Below, piece after piece: positions 38,001 to 49,183 of a DNA stretch of 64,000 bases. Location of the stretch: the NCBI GenBank assembly GCA_030704615.1, contig CM060731.1, positions 6,572,001 through 6,636,000 of the forward strand. The letters run 5' to 3'. The notes beneath the pieces were generated by a model. It was not told where the DNA came from. It worked only from the letters and a program-made list of their open reading frames with translations, and searched no databases. The translations under genes were made by a program, and so were the position numbers. The DNA comes from Takakia lepidozioides (Eukaryota > Plantae > Bryophyta). Numbering within the stretch: the stretch's first letter is position 1; each line of letters begins with the position of its first letter.

Positions 38001-40167
38001 GATCTGCACGCCTTGGCAGAAGAGAGAGAGAAGAGAAAGAAGACGTGTCCCTGCTGGGCCAAAGTCGGCAAAGGAATCTGCTGCTCTGGAAGAATCCAGA
38101 AAGGCAGCTGAGATGGCACAAAAGACGGTGGATGCAGCTGTGCAGGCCCAACAGAAGGGGTCGAAGAAGAGGACTCGCCAGCAAGGAGCAGCTGTTGTGA
38201 CACCCGCCAAAACGAAGAAGCAGAAACAGCCTGTTCAGGAAGAGGGTGAGGAAGAGGACTCCGATGGAGACTTTGCAACCAGCCCACCCCCCAAACGCAG
38301 GCTGCCTCCCCTGTGCCCACCGTTGTCACGAGAGGCACGAGAACTGGCTCGGCAAAGAAGGCACTCTTCAACCCCCCAGGGGGGCACCCTTTCGAGCCGG
38401 TGGAAATGAAGAGGCCGAAAGTGGCTCCCGAAACAGTAGTCCAGTGTGTAAATGAGAGTTTCTTGGCGGCTTTGGATGGACGGGCAGCCAAGTTGGCATA
38501 CATGAAGACCATGGAGGGTCTGAAGGGCAGAGCACTGAAGAAGGCGACTGCCGAAGAGCCTTCCGACACCCCAGGATTTCAGAATATGGTCTCGTTCTTT
38601 GAGAGGGTGTGTGCAGACAAGGATTGTAGGAGGGGCGGAAATGCCACCGAGTGGTCTTGCGATATGATCATCTTGGATATTCCGGACGGAGAGCCTGTGG
38701 AAGGACTGCAAGCTTTGCCATCTTGGAACAGGTACTCGGAGGACTTTTGGAAGAAAGGATTCGGGCTTGCCCGCATGGTGTTGGACGACAGAGGCTGTGT
38801 GGTTGTCCTGGCGAGCAGAGGAAAAAACACTCAGACAGGAATTGCGAAGTGGACCCGCAAGAGCGCCGTCCCGATTCTGAAAAAGAAGTGGACGTGCATC
38901 AACACACTGGGCCTTCGGTCGGAAGGGAAGAAGGTGATTACGACACTGGCACTCGTCCATTCATTTGCTTGGGTGTTTTCAAATGCGGTGCCGCATTCGG
39001 TTTCTAATCGTTTTCCCCCTGTGTATGCAGACGAAGCAGTTCGATGCATACTGCTTTGTGAAGGAGAACTCCACCTTTGCTTTCCGGAAGGAGGGAGGAA
39101 AGGTTGACCCGAACTGCGACCCACTCGATTACGACGTTCTGTTCAACAACGTTCCCAAGGAACTTCTCCCTCATAGCCTCACTTCAACGGAACCCCTGCG
39201 GTACTCACGGACTCGGAGCCCTGCCTTCATTCAGACAATTATGGAGACATGCACAGACGTGGAGGGCACAGTGCTCGACCTCATCTGTGGGACAGGTATG
39301 CAGAATCTTGATCTATGCTGTTCTGCAAATTCTCGTTAGGATGTAGTTCGCAACATCTGAAGCGCCATGTGGTAATGTGTGGATGGCATTGTAACAGGTG
39401 CCTCAATGTGGGCTGGGCGGTTTTCCGACCGGCACCTCTTTGCCTACGAGGAGGATTCATCCGTGTGGGGATCCCATCTGGAGGGGCTGCAACGGAATGT
39501 GAAGGCTCCCGACAGAGCGGAAGTCTCCTCGGATTCGTCGGAGTCCGAGGAAGACACAGTGGACATTGATGCGGAGGAGAACCCGGAATACGAGTGAGTG
39601 CAAACATTGTAAGTTTGCAAAGCCTTCTGGGTCATTTATGTCAAACGAATTTCCCGACTGTGGTTCTCATTAGTCTCGTTGATGATTGTCATGTGCAGGA
39701 TTGCAGGGTCCGGGTCGAAACATGTAGGGCCTACACTTCCTGCCAGGAAGAATGTCCCGTTCTTTGCGAGGGCCGACTTCATGACGAGCCCGGTGAGGGA
39801 CTACTCCCTTCCTAGTTATGCAGCTAAACTCGCAAATACAGCGATTAGAAGAAGTGAGAATCCCAGTAAAGTAGAGCAGATTTTGGAGAGGGCTAGGGAG
39901 GACAGAAGGATAAGGAAAGAGTTGGCAGCAGCTCAGACAGGTAGACGGGTACGAAAGTACATATGTGATTCAGCGGATGAGAGCGACGCAGACAGGGAGG
40001 AAGACGACCCAACGGAGGTGAGATGGACAGTTCCGCAAGGGGAAGATGGGATTTTCGAAAGCCTGGCCAACGAGCAGTCCGCTGGAGATGAGAAAGGCAC
40101 TGAGGGGGTGGAGGCGGAGCAGGACAGTCTAGAACAGGATGAGGATTCGGATGATTTTCAAGATTAA
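35039..40167 (+). CDS. Multi-exon gene: ParB/Srx-like domain fused to a beta-class (N4C/N6A-type) DNA methyltransferase-like domain
   Basis: ParB-like IPLCRMV...VR...L...GY...FFVWDGNHRLLAW (DGNHR at 36325-36339). MTase-like DMIILDIPDG (38661-38690), ARMVLDDRGCVVV, DVLF and RSPAFIQTIMETCTDVEGTVLDLICGT|GASMWAGRFSDRHLFAYEED across the intron at 39296-39397. GT-AG introns at approximately 36477-36588, 36779-36878, 37163-37241, 37363-37447, 37665-37810, 38934-39030 and 39594-39700. A few apparent frameshifts. Confidence 0.72.
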
Positions 40168-40304
40168 TAGAATTTTAATGAAGTCTCTGTAAATGTAAAT
40201 TCTCTTCCAGAGTATATAAAGGAAATTCTGCCCGACATTCGTGACCCCTCTCCAGTGTGCATTCCAGCCACACAATCGCTCAAACCACGACGCTCCCAAA
40301 ATCA

Positions 40305-41100
40305 GAAATGGGCAGCGCATTTCCAAAATTTTGGCAACTCTAAGAACCTCTTTTGGAAATGCGGCACCGCATTTCCAAAACAGGGGAGGGACTAAATTTT
40401 CCATTTCAATGTTGGCATAGTAAAAAGTAATCTGAATTGGAAATGCGGTGCCGCATTTCCAAAATTTCCTTTGTCCACACGCCAGTTTTGGCCTCTCCCG
40501 CTCATTGCATGGATGCCACCACGCTTACAGAGGTCGAACAAGGAGGTCGAACAAGGAGGTCGAGATGGCGGAATTGAAAATGCGGTGCCGCATTTCAGTA
40601 TTGGGGATGGTCGTTGTTCGAACTGCAGGCCCATCAGCAAAAATTGGCACCGCATTCCATTGTAAAAAAAAGTCGATGACGGACATGGAAATGCGGCGCC
40701 GCATTTCCAGAACGGACATCGCAATTTGTCCATTTGCAGACCCTCTCTCGGAAATGCGGTAACGCATTCCATCGCGCTGGTCGGAAATGTCACACTTTTC
40801 GAAGTGTTGTACGGAAATGCGGCACCGCATTCCCTTGTCCAAAAAGAAGTTTCCATTGCCAAGCTGGAAATGCGTCGCCGCATTTGCAATGCCAACCTCG
40901 TTTCTGACCAATTTATAGACCCGTGTTGGTATTTCGTGTACCTGGACGGAAATGATGCACCGCATTTTCTTGTCCCACATGGAAATGCGGCACCGCATTT
41001 CGATGTCCGACATGGAAATGCGGCACCGCATTCGATGTCCGACATGGAAATGCGGCACCGCATTTCGATGTCGACATGGAAATGCGGCCCGCATTTCAAT
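40305..41100. repeat. Array 2 of the same palindrome (~14 copies)
   Basis: Copies include 40355, 40439, 40576, 40687, 40750, 40813, 40866, 40948, 40981, 41014, 41046 and 41078. Confidence 0.92.
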
Positions 41101-42768
41101 GTCCGACATGGCGTTACTCTGGTATATTCTTGACACATGACTCACATACCGGTTACTCTGCTATATTCATCCGGACAGACACATTGTAGAAATGAGACAT
41201 CAAATTGTAAACAGTGGGCCAATTCCGACAGTTATTCAACACAATGAAACACAATCATACAGAAGTGAGGTACGATGGGTTTATTGATCGGACACGATGT
41301 CTCACATTTACCAACTGCAGACAAAACTAAGCCCTTCCTCCTTCTACATGGGCTTCACCAAGTCGACGGAACTTCGATACCCCTCAAAACAAGCTCATCA
41401 CTGCTGCGGCACCTCGAGGTAGGTAACTGCAATTCGGTCGTTCTGCTGCCCTTTGCTGGAGCCGACGACAATGTCATGTCCATCAATGATACCACCATCA
41501 TAATTTGACAAGGTCACTGTGGGCCTCATGTGCCGTGCGATTCGTCTTCGCAACGCAACCGAATGTCTCCATACACTGGAAGAGCGGAGTGATCTGCACG
41601 TATATAGTTTTCCCGGTGCGTGCGTCCTCCCTGGTCCACTGGCAGCAGTTCCAGCGCAAAGCGAGGCCGTGCGTGATCTATCCGCATCCCTTTCCAGCTT
41701 GGTAATCGAGATCAACAATTTTCAGGACCACGGGACCGCATGACCCTCGCCCTCACCTCGCTCAAAGCGGTGGTAATAGCCCTCCAGATACTCCATTGCG
41801 CGCAAAGACTCTGCTTGATTCCAGCAGCGTCTGTGAAAACAGAGAGCCAGACAATGAGTCTCCTGATTCTGGTTTGAACATAGCATAATCGTGGCCATGA
41901 TAAGGGCAGTCGGCTGGATTTCGGCGGCACGACATCCTTGAAAAAGAGTCGCGGAGTACGCTCAAGACAGTAGCTCCCGGATGGAGGAGGAGGACCGCGG
42001 TGGCTGGAAAAAGTTCAAGCTAACGCTGCAATTCCTCACAAACACTCCAGGGCACATTTAAATTTCCCCCCTACAGGATCCTGGACCGATGAGATTGGTG
42101 CTGCATGAATGTACCGTTTCAGTTTCCTACACTGCCATGCAAACTATGAGCAGTCACTGCCAGGTGGGCCGATAGCCACTGGACACGACGAAGTCCATCC
42201 CCTCTTCGATGTAAATGCGGCGCCGAATTTCCATCGGGGGGATGGACTTCAGTGGGCAGATCTCAAACTATAACTTGTTGATGAGAAAGATGTAGGTTCA
42301 TCCAACGCTGGCGTGATGAACACGTTCCACCTCCGTCGGTGGGTACGTGTGACCCAGATGCTCCATTATTGGAGGCCGAACTGCTCTTCCGCTTCGCATC
42401 ATTTCCAAAATCTAAGGCTTCGTAGCTGTCCGCAAGGTCATCGGCATCCAAGTCGTCCTCAGGTCCTCTTTTGCAAGGATGCCGTGCTTCCGGAACCGGG
42501 ACGACTGCCCATTTGGAGGCATTTCATTAGGCAATGTATTCGCAACATCGGGAGACATTGTTATCTGGTACACAGATTACACAGAAGATACTGGTTCGAT
42601 TGTGGAAACATTGGTGGCTTTTGAGTATATCGTAGGCCACTACGCCTTCGAGCGGGGGTGACGATCTTGGTCTGAGGAGTCCGTGGCTCCTGCGCATCCT
42701 CGATTCCGATTTTCCCAGCTACGACGGTCACCCATGCAGAAGAAGGCGCACACTGCTATGCTGTTGCG

Positions 42769-43371
42769 GTGGAAACTGCTGCCACTGGACGTGGGTGGAC
42801 TCCATCGGAGAGAGACTATTCTCCTGAAGGAGTGCGCTCCTCTTCTCCAATGTATGGGGACATTCGCATTGGTGTGGACGACGAAAACGTGAAGATTTCC
42901 ATATTCGATGGTGGTATGATTGAAGGGCAGGACATTGTGGTGAACATCACTAGGGGCGGTACAACGGCTGCAATCGACTTTACATGGAGGAGCCCCATGA
43001 CTCATGAGCTAGTTCTGAGAGCAGTCGAAGTCCCATTGACACGTGACTTGTATTCAGTAGCACAGGGCTCAAGATTTGATGGCACAATCAACACAGTAGA
43101 CGTGCTTCAAATGCAATTCATGTGGATCAATAAAAACCTCATTGTGCCCTCTTTTTATTCTATTCTGTGTCCATCGTTCCCAGAATGCGTCATTGCTCAT
43201 TTCGTTTGGGATTGGGAGTGTGGGTGGATTTTGCAAATGGCTGGTAGGCTGAAATGGGCCCCCATTGTACAGAGCAGTACCACCCTACATTCGCGAAACA
43301 TTGCCTTTCAATATATAATTCTAAATAAAATTGCCGAACCTCCTTCATCGGGAGGTCCTTCTCCCCTATGA
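42769..43371 (+). CDS. Unknown 200-aa ORF inside the MULE
   Basis: ATG-initiated open frame that ends just inside the right terminus. Shares a motif with the minus-strand piece at ~41398-41520. Confidence 0.45.
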   Translation: METAATGRGWTPSERDYSPEGVRSSSPMYGDIRIGVDDENVKISIFDGGMIEGQDIVVNITRGGTTAAIDFTWRSPMTHELVLRAVEVPLTRDLYSVAQGSRFDGTINTVDVLQMQFMWINKNLIVPSFYSILCPSFPECVIAHFVWDWECGWILQMAGRLKWAPIVQSSTTLHSRNIAFQYIILNKIAEPPSSGGPSPL

Positions 43372-43454
43372 CCGTGGCACCCTAAACCCTATTCCCGCGG
43401 ACTCTCATTTCCGGAAAAAGTGCTGCTCATGTTTTTTTCCACACTTACGACTCT

Positions 43455-43505
43455 GCTCATGGCTCATGCCGCTCATGGCTCATGGCTCATGAAATAGCAG
43501 CCCCC
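43455..43505 (-). repeat. Right TIR and subterminal repeats of the MULE
   Basis: GCTCATG repeats followed by GAAATAGCAGCCCCC. Confidence 0.85.
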
Positions 43506-44326
43506 GGTTTGTACTGGATATCCACGTCGAACACCGACAAAGTATCTTGCCACCTAAGTTGTTTTGGGGACAACTTGGGCTGCGTGGCAAAATACTTCAC
43601 CGTGACATTGTCCGTGAACACCTTCACTGGGTTGGAACCAACATAGTGGTGGCGCCAAAGCTCAAGGCAATGCACCACCGCCTTCATCTTTTTTCGTGCG
43701 TAGGCCACCGTCGCTCCACTTCATTCAGTTTCTTACTTTCGTAAGCCATTGGACGTCCATCTTGCATAGTACACCCCCAATCGCGAAGTCCGACGCATCT
43801 GTATGAATCTCAAATGGACGATCGAACCCGGGATTTTCAAGACTGGAGCTTCCGCCATCCGCTGCTTCAATTCAGCAAAAGCTTGGCCACAAAATGTGTT
43901 CCATACCCAGACTTTGGATTTAACAGAAGGTCCGACAGCGGCCCCGCGATCTTGACGAAATTCTCACATACTTCCGGAATAGGAGGCGAGTCCTAGGAAG
44001 GATCGCACTCCCGGGACCGAAGTCGGAGGCTCCCAGTCCAAGATCGCCCTCACCTTTCTGTCATCCCATTTTGATCCCATCCTGTGTAATCACATGCCCA
44101 AAGAACTCCACTTTCGTGACCCCGAATTCGCACTTTGAAGCTTTGGCGTACAGCTTCCCTCCCGCAACTTTGGAACACCCTTTGAGGTGCTCCAGGGCTC
44201 CTCCTTGTTTTCGAGTACACCAAGATGTCGTCGATGTACACGATCACAAAGTCATCCAACACTCCTGAAAAAGGCTGTTCATCAGCGTGCTAAAGGTCGC
44301 TGGTGCATTGGTGAGCCCAAAGGCAT
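43506..44326 (-). pseudogene. Chromovirus B2 pol, RT/RNase H part (many indels), running into the gap
   Basis: Colinear with B1 25133-25962; contains [10 protein letters not shown]. Confidence 0.9.
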
Positions 44327-44826
44327 NNNNNNNNNNNNNNNNNNNNNNNNNNNNNNNNNNNNNNNNNNNNNNNNNNNNNNNNNNNNNNNNNNNNNNNNNN
44401 NNNNNNNNNNNNNNNNNNNNNNNNNNNNNNNNNNNNNNNNNNNNNNNNNNNNNNNNNNNNNNNNNNNNNNNNNNNNNNNNNNNNNNNNNNNNNNNNNNNN
44501 NNNNNNNNNNNNNNNNNNNNNNNNNNNNNNNNNNNNNNNNNNNNNNNNNNNNNNNNNNNNNNNNNNNNNNNNNNNNNNNNNNNNNNNNNNNNNNNNNNNN
44601 NNNNNNNNNNNNNNNNNNNNNNNNNNNNNNNNNNNNNNNNNNNNNNNNNNNNNNNNNNNNNNNNNNNNNNNNNNNNNNNNNNNNNNNNNNNNNNNNNNNN
44701 NNNNNNNNNNNNNNNNNNNNNNNNNNNNNNNNNNNNNNNNNNNNNNNNNNNNNNNNNNNNNNNNNNNNNNNNNNNNNNNNNNNNNNNNNNNNNNNNNNNN
44801 NNNNNNNNNNNNNNNNNNNNNNNNNN
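44327..44826. other. Assembly gap (500 N)
   Basis: Run of N. Confidence 0.99.
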
Positions 44827-46062
44827 GATTATAATACTACTGTTTCTTCAGCGGACTCTTTTGACATGGCAGAAGACTATGCACTTCAGATGGCAGAAAA
44901 GAAACGACGGGGATCTCCTATGCCTGAGAGGTTACCTCGATATCAGCCAAAGGAGGGTCAGACATTTCCAGGTAGTGCTCAAATCTCCGTCAACCAGTGA
45001 CAAGACTCGGGCTCGCACACGAAGTCCTTCACGAGACTCTCACCGTCAGAAGGGTGTTCAATCACAAAGGTTTGCTAATCCTAAACAGTAAACCGTGAGG
45101 ACACGGCTTTTTGAGAGGGGGAGGGATGTTAGAGGGCTGCTTGAGACTTTAACGCTTTTACGGGTTTTGTGGGGTACCCTTAATTTTTACACAGACTGAG
45201 ATCAACAGGAGCCTTAGGGGTGACAGCAGCAGGCTTTAGGGGGGGGGGGGGGGTGGGGGGTTACACAGCCCGACACAGCCAACAAGTCCGCCACAGCTTC
45301 GCACAGCCCGTCACAGCCAACACAGTCGCCACAGCTTCGCACAGCCCGTCACAGCCGACACAGATACAGCCTGACACAGCCTTACACAACCAATCACAGC
45401 TCGGCACAGCTTGACACAGCCTGTCACAGTACATGGGGAACAATTATCATTGGCAGGGAACAACTGTGAGGGAACGACATCTGCAGAAGGAACAAGTTAC
45501 TTCAGGGATGACGGCTAATTAGTTAGGTGGTTTAGAACAGCTTGCGGGCAGATAAGGGGAGCGGCAATGGAAAGAGGGGACTTTTTCACGGAGAGCGCTT
45601 CTTGGTCATGGTGGGGAGGAGATCAAGCGGAGAGCAAGAACGAGAGCACGGAGAAGGAGGAGAGATGAACAGTAGATACTTATTACATGCAGAGCTGTAG
45701 TGATACTGTAGGGCGGATTAGAGTCACCTTGACATTGGCCTAGTACCTGATAAATCGTAATCTGATACTTATTCAATACAAGCACACTGTGTAGAGAGAC
45801 ATGAGTGAAGCTGTGAAATGAATGCATGATTAACTGGAACTAAGAAGATACTGTAGCAAACTGATGCTTCAGTATCAGATAAGGTAAATTGATAACATGA
45901 AGGCAAGAAGGAATACAAAAGGGAAGCACAACCATGATTCACTAGCTGCAGGTCATGACTGATTGTACTGAGCGGGCTGAGTGCTTAGAGATATCCAACT
46001 CTTCTATCTTGGAGTTTCCACCTCGGATAGCAAAGGGATGGGTGAGTAAAAGCCGCTCGACA
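44827..46062 (+). mobile_element. 3' end of a family C LTR retrotransposon: PPT 45113-45126 and 3' LTR 45127-46062
   Basis: GAGAGGGGGAGGGA is directly followed by TGTTAGAG...AAAAGCCGCTCGACA. Diverged homologue of 2153-3098. Confidence 0.85.
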
Positions 46063-48475
46063 GACACCACATCTCGTTTAGCCATAGACTTGTTGAAAAC
46101 TCCCTTCACATCCTTAATTCACCCACATTCGCATACATGTCCACCAGGGCAGGGTTCAAAATGACATCTGGTACAATTCCAGCTTTGACGATGTCACCAT
46201 GGACCTCTTTCCCCTTTTCCAGAGCTCCCCTGCTTGCATACATTGCAAACACAAACAAATGTGATGTGGTTGGGCTTCACCCCTTTACGCGGCATTTGCT
46301 CATAGGTCTCCAAAAGCATTCCTACCACACCCATGCTTAGTAAATCCTGCCAACGTTATATTCCACGTGATCAAAGCTCATTGAGGCATTCTGTTGAACA
46401 CTTGGTGAGCATCCATGATGATCCCACACTTAACATACATATTGACAAGGGTGTTGAGTAGGAAAACATTTGGTGTGAATCCACTGTAGATAATGTGAGT
46501 GTGCACCTACTTTCCAGCTTCCAGACTTTGAATCATCTTTATGCACTTAAGCAAGAGACAGACATACGTACATGAATCTGCTGAAATGCCTCCTTGGTTT
46601 TAAGTTTGTAGAGCCTCTGTTAGTGTGCCTGCCTCACAAAGCATCTTCACATGCCCAGAAGTGCCAGAAGAGGCATTGGGGACTCCCTCTCTTGATCCTC
46701 TTTCAGAAGTTGTGGTCATGGTTGAGGTGCCCGATTTACCAACTGTGCCGCTGCAGCTGCTGCCTTTAGTTGATCATCTACCCATGTAGGTTTCTTGTGG
46801 CTATTGATCCACAGGGAATCATAGGTAATCTTGAGCTTGAAATCTAGCCCTCTTGGATGAATGTGGACCCACACTCTATCCCTGCACCTTCAGCTATCCT
46901 GCCTCTCCACAAATAGTGCATTCATCCTTACCTTCTTGCTAGCAGCTAACAATAACAGCCTAGATTTGTTCTAGGAAACACCCAACTCAGCTTATCACAC
47001 TAGTTCCTATGCTCAATTGCATCTGCTATTCTCTGTAATCCCACAGGCATTCACCTTTTTGCCTCAATTGTCCCACCATTGATGACAGCTTCTCCTCGTC
47101 TCTGTTACCTGTTTCTGGATACTTTCCTGTTGTCACATTGGCCGTATCATGTCAGTCACTCCAAACTATAAAAGGTTCACTCAACCAGCTAACTTGCAGA
47201 ATTCAACATGAAAATTTAAGGACGACTATGATAACAGGGAAAAATAGGCTGAAATGTGTTGAAGGCGCCTTCATTAGCAATACCTTGTTCTATCAATTGT
47301 GCTGCTGCTGCTTCTGTTTCCAGTTGACCATCTACCCATGCAGATTTCTTGTAGCTATTGATCCACAGGGAATCAGAAGTAATCTTATGTTTGAAACCCG
47401 GTCCTCTTGGATGAATCTAGACCTCTGTCCCTAGTCCTTCAGCTATCCCTGCCTGTGTAGAAAATCATGAATACATCTCAGCCTTGCTACTAGCAGCTGA
47501 CTGACGGCGTGAAGTTCTTCCAACAAACCCCAACCCTAATGATGAGAAGGCAAAACAGACTACCAAAAATTTGAAGAAGAAGGTGCTCACCACATTGTCC
47601 TTGACCTTGTGTCATGACGCATGGAGGATTTAACCGACCATCAACCCAAAATGACCTTGTGTGTGTTGCTTGTGTCTGTAGTCAGGTAATGTCGGATTGG
47701 TCAGACTGGACAAGTGTTCATTCCACCGCTTCTCCTCGTTCTGTTATCTGTTTTTAGATACTTTCCTGCTACCACATCGGCAGAAACTTGTCAAGTCACC
47801 CAAAATCCCCCACAGATCCACCCAATGAGCTAACTTAAAGCATTCAATATGCATCTGAGGGCCGAGTCTGATGAGAGGGCAGAACAGGCTGAAATAGGTG
47901 GAAGAAGAAGGTGCCCTCACCACATTTCCTTGACCTTGTGTCATGACCCATGGAGGATTTGACTGACCATGAACCCAAAAGGACCTCTTGTCTGTGCTGC
48001 TTGTGTCTGAGTCAGGTAATGTCGAATTGGTCTATGAGAACCACCACGGTGCAGCTGAGCGGGCAGAGATTGAAACACGGCCTGCTAAGACCAAGCTGAC
48101 TCTCCCAAGAACCTTGTAAACAGCAGGAAGAAGACCAAATCATGGTAGTAACAGGAGCCAAGAGCCCACCTTTGCAGGATGGACAACACACCTTGTGATT
48201 GCGGTTGTCCCACCATCGTGAATGATCTTTATAAAACTCATGCCAACTCACATCACGAACGAGCTAACTTGCAGAACTTTACATGAAATTTTAGGGACGA
48301 CTCTAATAACAGGGCAAAACAGGGTGAAATATGCTGAAGAATGTACCTTCATTAGCAGCGAATTGTTCTATCAATTGTGTTGCTGCCACTTCTGTTTCCA
48401 AGATGACATCTGGTACAATTCCAGCTTTGACAATGTCACTATGGACCTCTTTCCTCTTTTCCAAAGCTCCCAGCT
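46063..48475 (-). pseudogene. Decayed gene with OSB-type PDF motifs followed by PLS-class PPR repeats
   Basis: PDF-type motifs WWDNRNHK (~48200), PDYRHK (~47680), HPRGPGFKHKITSDSLWINS (~47350-47413) and HPRGLDFKLKITYDSLWINS (~46800-46860). PPR text VHTHIIYSGFTPNVFLLNTLVNMYVKCG (~46430-46510). Confidence 0.7.
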
Positions 48476-49114
48476 ATGCGTAAGGAAGACTGACAAGGAG
48501 TGGTCAACGAGGACATCTCAATAGCTACTTTTGGTCTGAAACCCCAGGATGGGATCAGCAGGGTTTGTACCTACCCCTTCTCTCTTATCCTACACAGTAC
48601 AGAAAAATAGTGCTTGTTTCTGTGATTAATTCAGGCCTGGCACTCAAGAAAACTGTTGTGAATTGGGGAGTCATACAACCATGACACCGCTAATCAGGTG
48701 AATGACACTTCAACACTGGATTCGGCAGACCAAAACAGTCATGGGCACACATAACACAACACAATTACATGAGGGAATGAATTCATATATGTGACTGCTC
48801 CGCACAGTACGCAGCCCTGCCAGGCAAGGCCCAGACCTGCACAGATACATTCACTCGATAACCGTTACATATCCTAAAAAAGAAACTGAACTCCTAAACA
48901 TACAAAACTATTCGAGAGGCCAAATTAGCAAACACCCTGTCATGCGCATACATATCGCTACACAACTACATCGCTGTCCAAAACCACACAACACATGTGC
49001 ACACCACACACTAGTATACCACTAGTCCACCACTAGTCCAACCACTAGGCTACAACTAGTCAATCACTAGGCTGCCACTATGTTGCCCACTATGGCAGTC
49101 ATTAGTCCACACAA

Positions 49115-49183
49115 TCAACCTCTTGAGCATCGATCACACACCAGCATGGTGGTTGCCCCTTTGGCAAACCCACAGAGCATGCA
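49115..49183 (-). pseudogene. Truncated PHD finger at the integrase C-terminus
   Basis: After a 1-nt frameshift the sequence reads CMLCGFAKGATTMLVCDRCSRG*, with the stop where PHD fingers have W/F/Y. Confidence 0.65.

Larger units (their letters stand above)
21010..43505. mobile_element. Mutator-like (MULE) DNA transposon, ~15.5 kb after removing the nested retroelement, carrying cargo genes
   Basis: 9-bp TSD GGTTTGTAC at 21001-21009 and 43506-43514. TIRs are GAGGTTTACTATTTCATGAGC and, reverse-complemented, GGGGGCTGCTATTTCATGAGC. CATGAGC subterminal repeats at both ends. B2 pol resumes exactly at 43506. Confidence 0.9.
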
